Positions 57,683 to 64,000 of a stretch of DNA of 64,000 nucleotides are shown here, piece by piece; the stretch's first letter is position 1, and every line of letters starts with the position of its first letter. The notes beneath the pieces were generated by a model. That model was not told the origin of the DNA. It saw only the letters and a list, made by a program, of their open reading frames with translations, and did no database searches. The stretch comes from a virus. Taxonomy: Duplodnaviria > Heunggongvirae > Uroviricota > Caudoviricetes. Where the stretch lies: the IMG/VR virus record IMGVR_UViG_3300025133_000019, one strand, 5' to 3'. The position numbers and the translations under genes were made by a program.

Positions 57683-58621
57683 ATGGACACAGATATTTTA
57701 CAAGATATTGACGAGCTAGCTGAGTATAATTGGACTGATAAACTGGATGACCACAAAAAAGAGATTGTGGAGAAGCACAACTCTCAAATCAAGAGAGAGC
57801 TTATGGGGGTTGATAAGCAAAGAATGTTTTCCAACCTGTTCGCTAGTGGATACGGGCTAGGTGCAATTAGCTTGTCTACATTAATGATCTATTTCTTTAT
57901 AGCCGGAAGTGTTCCATGGGGACTGGGAGTGGCAACTGCTTTTGCTTTTTATAGCCTTTCCTTTGGGGGCCTTTGCAAATTTTCGAAGGCTAAATTTCAA
58001 AATTTTGTTTATAGCACCCATGCCAAAGAGTTCTTGAATATCAGTGAGTATGATCTCACTCCTCAGGATCTTATCGGGTTTTATGACAGTCAAGTAACTG
58101 ATACTCTCAGGGAAAAAACTGATAAACTGAAGACCTACAGAGAAGATATAGCTACTAATATCAGTGAGTGTGAAGAAGCAATTCGACAATGCACCGAGAT
58201 TTCGGACTCCACTATAGATAAAAGTGTGATTTACGATCTTGAAGCTCGAAAAAATGAGCTTAAAGTAGCCGAAGAAGAGTTGGGCTCCTATAGAACAGTG
58301 ATGAGGAAGCTGGAAGTTAGCTTTGAGAACAAAGTAGAAGATCTCAAAGGGATCATGAACAGAGAAAAAGAGCTTGAGAAGAAATACGAAGAGTACGAGA
58401 ACCTTAGCAATAAGGTGTCTCACCTGCTTGGTAAGTCTAAAGTTTCCTTGGTGAAGTGGGAAGAAGAAAAAGAAAAGCTTCAAACCGAAATTGCTGAAAT
58501 GGTCGGAGGATTTCAACAGCAGCTTTCATATGCGGGTCAAACCGTTAAAGAGTCTTTGTTAATAGATTGTTCCGTGGAAGTAGAAGTCGAGGCCGAGCTA
58601 GAGAGGAGTGCGGGGGCATGA
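57683..58621 (+). CDS. membrane-anchored coiled-coil protein
   Basis: Two TM helices followed by a long charged helical region. Confidence 0.5.
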   Translation: MDTDILQDIDELAEYNWTDKLDDHKKEIVEKHNSQIKRELMGVDKQRMFSNLFASGYGLGAISLSTLMIYFFIAGSVPWGLGVATAFAFYSLSFGGLCKFSKAKFQNFVYSTHAKEFLNISEYDLTPQDLIGFYDSQVTDTLREKTDKLKTYREDIATNISECEEAIRQCTEISDSTIDKSVIYDLEARKNELKVAEEELGSYRTVMRKLEVSFENKVEDLKGIMNREKELEKKYEEYENLSNKVSHLLGKSKVSLVKWEEEKEKLQTEIAEMVGGFQQQLSYAGQTVKESLLIDCSVEVEVEAELERSAGA

Positions 58622-58872
58622 TAATATTCGCAATACTCGGCATCGCTGTAGCCATGGTAGCAACAGTCGATTATATTAATCTGTTTTGTAAGAGAAGCTC
58701 ATTAACATCTCCAGAACTGTTTGTTCTGGAGCACCGAGATGACAGAGGAAGGGTCTATTTTCACAGGGACGAGATTATAGCGAAACTTCCCGATCTTCAG
58801 GATAACGAGGGCAACAGACTTTTTTATACCGAGGATCAGTTAATAAACCAGCTATTAGAAGAGAACAAGTAA
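58567..58872 (+). CDS. small single-pass membrane protein
   Basis: 101-aa ORF with an N-terminal TM helix. Confidence 0.35.
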   Translation: MFRGSRSRGRAREECGGMIIFAILGIAVAMVATVDYINLFCKRSSLTSPELFVLEHRDDRGRVYFHRDEIIAKLPDLQDNEGNRLFYTEDQLINQLLEENK

Positions 58873-58881
58873 AGCATTGAA

Positions 58882-58916
58882 CAGGACTCCTAATGAGGAG
58901 TCCTGTATTATTATTT
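58882..58916 (+). terminator. rho-independent terminator
   Basis: CAGGACTCCT-AATG-AGGAGTCCTG followed by TATTATTATTT. Confidence 0.65.
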
Positions 58917-59279
58917 AAGGAATTAGTTATGGAAAAGCCTAGAGTATTAGGTTCTAATTTATCAGTAAGTTTTGGATTTGGGTACGGGTACGGTGGATGT
59001 GTCCAATCTCCTACAACTATTACCATCGAAATAAAGAGCACAGCAGAATTGTACTTGATTAATTTATATTTTAATTTAGATAGCAAGCCCTTTCATGTAT
59101 TAGGAATGGGGAAAATAAGTGAAAACCAATCTTTATTGTGTAAACAAGCCTTAGATTCAGGTTCTAGCGAGGTAATGTTAGACTTGCTAAGGACAGTTGG
59201 TTCTCTACAAGAACTAGAGATTCTGAAAGAATCTAAAGATTCGGGAGTAAGCGTAAGAAATGTACACGTCATTGAATGA
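58893..59279 (+). CDS. hypothetical protein
   Basis: 128-aa ORF. Confidence 0.4.
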   Translation: MRSPVLLFKELVMEKPRVLGSNLSVSFGFGYGYGGCVQSPTTITIEIKSTAELYLINLYFNLDSKPFHVLGMGKISENQSLLCKQALDSGSSEVMLDLLRTVGSLQELEILKESKDSGVSVRNVHVIE

Positions 59280-59862
59280 TATACACGGTGTTTTTTGGTC
59301 TGGCACAGTTGCAGCAGTGTTAGGACCTAGTGATTCAGGAAAAACAGAGCTGTCCGTATTAGAAGCAGTTAAACTAGCTAATGAAAGAATGAGTGTTGCT
59401 TATATAAGTTTTGACACTGTTCAAGATAAGCTGGAAACCTTATCCAATAGGTTCTTTGACCTCAAGACTGATACAAAAGTTCCTATATATCTTAAATTGG
59501 TCTCTCAGTTTGATTGCTATTCTTTAGATGAATGTTTCTCCCATAATTCAAGTCTTGTAATATTAGATCCGATAGATAAATTGGCTGAGTACCTAAGGAT
59601 AGATGAAAACACTTTGTTTAAGAGTTTGAAGGAGAAAGTGAGGCAGAAGAGAGTCGCTGTTCTGGCTGTTAAACAAGTGTCTTCCTCTTTAGATATTTCC
59701 CAGGAGTTTGATAAATTGGGTTTGGAACCTGGACTGTCTTTGCATGTGGATAATATTTTCAATTGTGACAAAAGAAATATGTCTTGCAATCTACAAGTCC
59801 TAAAGTCAAATGCTCATGGAGCAGGGTTTAATTTTAACGTTCATTTAGTCCCGATAAAATGA
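59260..59862 (+). CDS. RecA-superfamily P-loop ATPase (Sak4-like or KaiC-like)
   Basis: Walker A GPSDSGKT and Walker B-like LVILDPID. Confidence 0.5.
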   Translation: MYTSLNDIHGVFWSGTVAAVLGPSDSGKTELSVLEAVKLANERMSVAYISFDTVQDKLETLSNRFFDLKTDTKVPIYLKLVSQFDCYSLDECFSHNSSLVILDPIDKLAEYLRIDENTLFKSLKEKVRQKRVAVLAVKQVSSSLDISQEFDKLGLEPGLSLHVDNIFNCDKRNMSCNLQVLKSNAHGAGFNFNVHLVPIK

Positions 59863-60317
59863 GTAAGAAGTTTAGCCAGAAGCTTTACGATCAAAACGAT
59901 CTAAAAACTAAAGAACTGGTTTATAAGTTCTTGTCTCTTTACTTTCCTTGCTATAAACTAATTCCCATAGCAGACCAGGAAGAGTGCTATAAATCCCATG
60001 ACTTAGTTATTATAGATACTCGTACTAACAAGCAGGTTCTTTTAGAAGTGGAACGGAAAGCAGTTTGGTATAAAAGAGGGGAGTGGCAGGGCTGGGATAC
60101 AGTTGACATTCCTTACAGAAAAAAAGACTCTAAAGCCAAGTACTTCTTTATGGTCAACAAGTGGTTTGATACCTTGCTGGTTATAAAAATGTCTAAAATT
60201 TTAGAGTCTTCTGTTATTACAAAATCAACTATATATACTCAGGAAGAGAAATTCTTTAGAATCCCGGTTTCAGAGTTTAAACTTGTTTGCTTACCTTCCG
60301 AACTTCATGGTTCCTAA
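59859..60317 (+). CDS. hypothetical protein
   Basis: 152-aa ORF whose stop lies in the first iteron unit. Confidence 0.45.
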   Translation: MSKKFSQKLYDQNDLKTKELVYKFLSLYFPCYKLIPIADQEECYKSHDLVIIDTRTNKQVLLEVERKAVWYKRGEWQGWDTVDIPYRKKDSKAKYFFMVNKWFDTLLVIKMSKILESSVITKSTIYTQEEKFFRIPVSEFKLVCLPSELHGS

Positions 60318-60407
60318 AAAAGGAACTTCATGGTTCCTAAAAAAGGAACTTCATGGTTCCTAAAAAAGGAACTTCATGGTTCCTAAAAAAGGAACTTCGT
60401 AAAACGG
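60298..60407. repeat. array of four and a half 23-bp direct repeats, each holding the palindrome GGAAC-TTCATG-GTTCC plus A6
   Basis: aaaaaaggaacttcatggttcct repeated. It lies between convergent genes. Confidence 0.85.
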
Positions 60408-61262
60408 AGCCTCGTAGTTAAAAGCTGTTCCTAGTAACGGTTGATTCCCATAAAGATTTCCGAAAAGGTATTGGTCAAACTGAAGATCGAAAAGCTCCTG
60501 GGAAAAATAAGGTCTGGGAGTACCGTACAAATTGTATTCCGTGCTATTATACCTTGAGCTATATTCTTGGTTATTTTCAAAATTGAAATTGAATTCAAAA
60601 TTTAAGGAAGGACTATCAGCAGGTTCTCTGTCGTTAAGCAACTCCTGTATCATATCCTTCAATTCGCCTAACGAACTGTCAGGAAGGTTATTGAGAGAAT
60701 CCTTCAATTCTGACAGGGTATTGTTGAATTCCTCTAGGATACCTTCGAAAAGACCAGGAAGACCTGCCATACCATCTGAAATGCCTCCTAAAGAGTCTTG
60801 TAGCCCATCAAGAGAGTCATTGATCCCTCCCAAGGAATCTCCGAGACCTCCTACAGTGTTTTCAAGACCATCAAGAGAGTCGGTAATCCCTCCTAAAGAG
60901 TCTCCAAGATCTCCTACGGTATCGTTAAGATCCTCGACTGAGTCTTCTAACTCATCAAGAGTCTCGCTTATATCGTCAAGAGCAGGTATATCTATAGTTC
61001 CTCCAGACCCACCTTTTTTACTGGGTGAGGCATTGATTTCTAGATCTGGTTGACCTAGATCTTCTATTGGAGTAGTAGAAGGCGTTGGCTGCTGAGTCCT
61101 GGGGTCTTTATAAGTGACACCTTGATCCACATTTGTTTTGGGTTGACTAGGAGCTTTGGGCTGCTCGGTTTGCTTGGGCTGTTTTGGGGTAGAGGACTTA
61201 CCGCTTCCCTTGGTTCCTGGTATATTTAATGAGCTGTCAATTTTCATCTTTACTTCTTTCAA
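60360..61262 (-). CDS. low-complexity Gly/Asp/Leu-repeat protein (DSLGG(I)xDSLDGL repeats)
   Basis: 300-aa ORF with a Pro/Lys/Gln-rich N-terminal region. Confidence 0.5.
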   Translation of the reverse strand: MKEVKMKIDSSLNIPGTKGSGKSSTPKQPKQTEQPKAPSQPKTNVDQGVTYKDPRTQQPTPSTTPIEDLGQPDLEINASPSKKGGSGGTIDIPALDDISETLDELEDSVEDLNDTVGDLGDSLGGITDSLDGLENTVGGLGDSLGGINDSLDGLQDSLGGISDGMAGLPGLFEGILEEFNNTLSELKDSLNNLPDSSLGELKDMIQELLNDREPADSPSLNFEFNFNFENNQEYSSRYNSTEYNLYGTPRPYFSQELFDLQFDQYLFGNLYGNQPLLGTAFNYEAPFYEVPFLGTMKFLF

Positions 61263-61343
61263 AAAGTTATAATATAGTTATCGGCATTTCTTCGGTTTTT
61301 CTTTAGCATTGATTTTTTATCTTTTACATGCTATAATGAAAGT

Positions 61344-62120
61344 ATGATAGAAAAACTAACAGCGAAACAAATAAAGAACAGACTAGAAAGATACCAACAA
61401 AGCCCGTATACACACTCTTTTACCTGTAGAGTAGAGTCCTGCCCAACTGATTTAACTCCTATTATAAAGCATAACAAAGTTTTTTTAAAGTGCGGGGTTT
61501 GTGGGCATACTCAAAACGATTTCACGGTTCCGGAAATCTCTGCTTTAGACAGTCTAGAATTAGCAGTCACAAAACTAGATCCTAAAAAAACAAAAAAGAT
61601 AAGCAAATATCTAAGCAAGGTTCTTAGGCACAAACCGGATTCTATAGAGCTAAAACTTGATTCTCAAGGGTGGGCTTGTGTAAACGAACTAATCAAAAAG
61701 TCTGGCGTGTTTATGACACCAGAGATTATTAACTGGGTCGTTCAGAATAATGATAAGCAAAGATTCGCTTTGAGTAAAGACGGCAGGAAGATAAGAGCTA
61801 ACCAAGGCCACACGATAAAAGTGGATTTAGGGTTGGAACCTAGTATTCCTCCCTCAATTTTATATCACGGGACAGCCACTAAGAATTTGGAGCAAATTTT
61901 CAAATATGGATTGCAGCCTTGCCAAAGAACCCATGTCCATTTAACCGAGAATTACGAAACCGCTGTTAACACAGGAAAACGACACGGAACCCCTATAGTA
62001 TTATTGATAGACGCTGAGTCAATGGTAAAAGAAATAGAATCTTCTTTCTTTTTAACAGAAAATAATGTATGGTTAACTGAAACCGTTTTGCCAAAGTATT
62101 TAAAGATTGAGGGGGAGTAA
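61344..62120 (+). CDS. Tpt1/KptA RNA 2'-phosphotransferase with an N-terminal zinc-ribbon extension
   Basis: LSKVLRHKPDSIELKLDSQGWACVNELI, the HGT motif (LYHGTATKNLEQI) and RTHVHLTE. The N-terminal extension has CRVESC...CGVCGH. Confidence 0.8.
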   Translation: MIEKLTAKQIKNRLERYQQSPYTHSFTCRVESCPTDLTPIIKHNKVFLKCGVCGHTQNDFTVPEISALDSLELAVTKLDPKKTKKISKYLSKVLRHKPDSIELKLDSQGWACVNELIKKSGVFMTPEIINWVVQNNDKQRFALSKDGRKIRANQGHTIKVDLGLEPSIPPSILYHGTATKNLEQIFKYGLQPCQRTHVHLTENYETAVNTGKRHGTPIVLLIDAESMVKEIESSFFLTENNVWLTETVLPKYLKIEGE

Positions 62121-62467
62121 TGAACTTAGCAGAGGTTAAAAGAGAGCTTAAGAAAAAAGGGTTTATACTCAATAGAGATAAATCTAAGGGATCTTCATCG
62201 GTGTTTATGAAGTTGAAAGAAGATGTTAACAAGGAAGTAGAGATTCGCCCTACTAAGATAAGGGGAAGGTTTCAGATCCTATGTCTTCTTGATGACCAAA
62301 CTATTTCGTGTGATAGAAATGAACGAGGTCTAGACTCTGTTAAAGCTTTAGTAGAGCATACTAAACCGGGAATTTCGTTAATTGAGGTTATCACGGAAAT
62401 AGACGATTCCATTAAAAGATTGAATTCTCTTAAAAAAATTCTTAAGTCAGAAGGAATAAAAGGTTGA
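62120..62467 (+). CDS. hypothetical protein
   Basis: 115-aa ORF with overlapping stop and start. Confidence 0.4.
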   Translation: MNLAEVKRELKKKGFILNRDKSKGSSSVFMKLKEDVNKEVEIRPTKIRGRFQILCLLDDQTISCDRNERGLDSVKALVEHTKPGISLIEVITEIDDSIKRLNSLKKILKSEGIKG

Positions 62468-62489
62468 CTTTCATTCCCGAGGTAGTGTA

Positions 62490-62630
62490 GTATAGTAATT
62501 GGTACGGTAGTTCAGCGGTAGAACATCTGGCACAGAGTTCTCGGTTCGATTTTTTGGCCAATTAGACTGTAGGATTGAGGTTATCGGATACAAACCCGAA
62601 AGAGAAAGTTCGAATCTTTCCGGCCCTCTT
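62490..62630 (+). ncRNA. intergenic tRNA-like region with two T-arm-like hairpins (noncanonical)
   Basis: D-arm-like GTTC-AGCGGTA-GAAC, then CTCGG-TTCGAT and GAAAG-TTCGAAT-CTTTC. No full cloverleaf could be folded by hand. Confidence 0.25.
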
Positions 62631-62639
62631 TTAATTATT

Positions 62640-63011
62640 ATGGCAGAATTTAATTTAGTTTTAGGATTACCGCTTAAACAGGTAGCCAGTTTTAATTTGA
62701 GCAGCTCGGGTGTTTTAATTGAATTGTTCAATAAAACTTTCGATCCTAACAGTTTAACAAATCCCAAAGTCAATTCATTTGGTATATTCATGGATTCAGA
62801 TTCTCACAAGAGTTTAGAAACCAAAGTAGTGAATTCGATATTAGGAATACGGGTTGACCATTTAACTATAGACAGTATAGGTGGCAGTAGTTTCGATAAA
62901 CTGGACCTCACCCAACTTAATTCTAAGATATCCAGAGCTAAAAAAGAATTTGCTAAGAAAAACATAGATTTACAAGAATTGCAGGTTTACAAATATCTAA
63001 AGAACTGTTAA
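62640..63011 (+). CDS. hypothetical protein
   Basis: 123-aa ORF. Confidence 0.4.
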   Translation: MAEFNLVLGLPLKQVASFNLSSSGVLIELFNKTFDPNSLTNPKVNSFGIFMDSDSHKSLETKVVNSILGIRVDHLTIDSIGGSSFDKLDLTQLNSKISRAKKEFAKKNIDLQELQVYKYLKNC

Positions 63012-63020
63012 TATAGTTAC

Positions 63021-63356
63021 ATGGATATTGGAAGTAACCCGGTCTATGATCTAATCATAGACTTGTGTAGAACACCTAATGAACGGGATATTGAAGCTAT
63101 CCACAGATTAAAGTTCGATAAAAAAACCCCTAGAGAAACAGTGCGTGAAGTGCAGAACGCATTACCAGAATTCTTTGACGCAGTTGTTCCTGATAAGAAA
63201 TACAGACGGAGCACCGAGGACCAAGAAGAAGGTATTCTAGTAGAAGTAGCTAGATACGGGGATACTAACGACGAACTATACGTGGCGGTTGCCATTTTGT
63301 GTGGTCAAAAAAGGAGTAATAGTGAAAACAACTATAGAAAAAACAGGATTACCTAA
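63021..63356 (+). CDS. hypothetical protein, paralog of the 63289-63672 gene
   Basis: Shared NPNERD(I/R)EA(I/F)xRL...LP(E/D)FFD(A/D)VVP. Confidence 0.4.
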   Translation: MDIGSNPVYDLIIDLCRTPNERDIEAIHRLKFDKKTPRETVREVQNALPEFFDAVVPDKKYRRSTEDQEEGILVEVARYGDTNDELYVAVAILCGQKRSNSENNYRKNRIT

Positions 63357-63672
63357 ATTAAGGTCTGGAGTTATGGGAAGCGATGAGATTAGAGGGAATA
63401 AAATCGCTGCCATTAAAGCTGGCCTTAGCAGGAATCCCAATGAGCGAGACCGAGAAGCATTTAACAGGTTAGTATATGATGAAAATGGGAGAATGGTACG
63501 ATTAGTGGGAGATCTGTTGGATAAGCTCCCCGATTTCTTTGACGATGTTGTGCCCAAGCCTTACGAAAGGCTAGAAGAAGATCAGGATGACTCTACCCAT
63601 ATTCAAGCTGCTGTTCATGACGACAGACAAGATAAGTCTTATGCGGTAGTAATGATTGAGCACCGACCTTAA
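63289..63672 (+). CDS. hypothetical protein, paralog of the upstream gene
   Basis: Overlaps the upstream paralog by 68 nt in another frame. Confidence 0.4.
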   Translation: MPFCVVKKGVIVKTTIEKTGLPKLRSGVMGSDEIRGNKIAAIKAGLSRNPNERDREAFNRLVYDENGRMVRLVGDLLDKLPDFFDDVVPKPYERLEEDQDDSTHIQAAVHDDRQDKSYAVVMIEHRP

Positions 63673-63681
63673 GGATTTTTT

Positions 63682-63999
63682 ATGGCCTCAACCCTTATAA
63701 TTTTTACAGGCAAGAGCTACAGTGACGGTGAGGCTGGTGATATTGATGCTGACACTGTAGTACTAGGGGTTATTAGAGACAATATTGTTGGGTATGCTTG
63801 TGAAAACGACGGTTTAACCGTGTACTTTACAGGTGGATCTCACTGTTTTTCTTTGCCCATAGAGTTTGACTCCAATCAGGATGCTAGGGTATCTTTGATA
63901 ACTCATCTTCACGAGGTATCTGACCTTAGAGTGTCTTCAGGCATGGAGAGCATTGAGATAGATATAACAGGAATTGCCACGGAGATTTTACAATATTAG
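63682..63999 (+). CDS. hypothetical protein
   Basis: 105-aa ORF. Confidence 0.4.
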   Translation: MASTLIIFTGKSYSDGEAGDIDADTVVLGVIRDNIVGYACENDGLTVYFTGGSHCFSLPIEFDSNQDARVSLITHLHEVSDLRVSSGMESIEIDITGIATEILQY

Positions 64000-64000
64000 G

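Noticed and set aside
60298-60407. Possible CRISPR array
   Set aside because: The units are contiguous 23-bp repeats with no unique spacers and no cas genes. They look like an iteron or terminator array.
1-64000. Genome-wide stop-codon reassignment
   Set aside because: TAA, TAG and TGA all terminate well-supported genes. Only one in-frame TGA case was seen (12528-12530).

Overview
AT-rich (~35% GC), gene-dense window on both strands. It is bacterial in character: AGGAG Shine-Dalgarno sites, recurrent sigma70-type TTGACA-N17-TAnAAT promoters, hairpin plus T-run terminators, and a bacterial-type IF-3. The content looks like a large (jumbo) phage or phage-like accessory genome rather than a core chromosome. 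It carries tRNA genes, HNH homing endonucleases, three IS200/IS605-type TnpB elements, two RNA ligases, a Tpt1 RNA 2'-phosphotransferase, two AAA+ ATPases, an SPFH protein with two HtrA proteases, and many small ORFs with no recognisable homology. Five things stand out. (1) 12.7-22.6 kb: three tandem, translationally coupled giant paralogs (1118, 1272 and 895 aa) share a ~270-aa N-terminal module with a NEGxRMxHCVGxYC...KIYSLR motif and have unrelated C-termini. (2) 42.4-55.6 kb: an island of at least 9 copies of a small-protein family with a 'EDLDCNGNPYSDAIPLG...KPAHWPFVPxPGERIxIE' N-terminal half, interleaved with a second family of small membrane proteins ending in a YWFxEYP motif. It shows recent duplication, recombination and decay. 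(3) 10.4-11.9 kb: a class II tRNA-Leu(CAA)-like gene whose two halves flank a 1.4-kb TnpB-only IS. (4) 48.1-50.3 kb: a zinc-finger-less, frameshifted TnpB-like gene sits inside a fragmented member of another small gene family. (5) 36.6-42.2 kb: two DUF4116-like repeat giants with near-identical C-terminal domains. Several apparent frameshifts sit in homopolymer runs, so sequencing error is a real alternative to pseudogenes.
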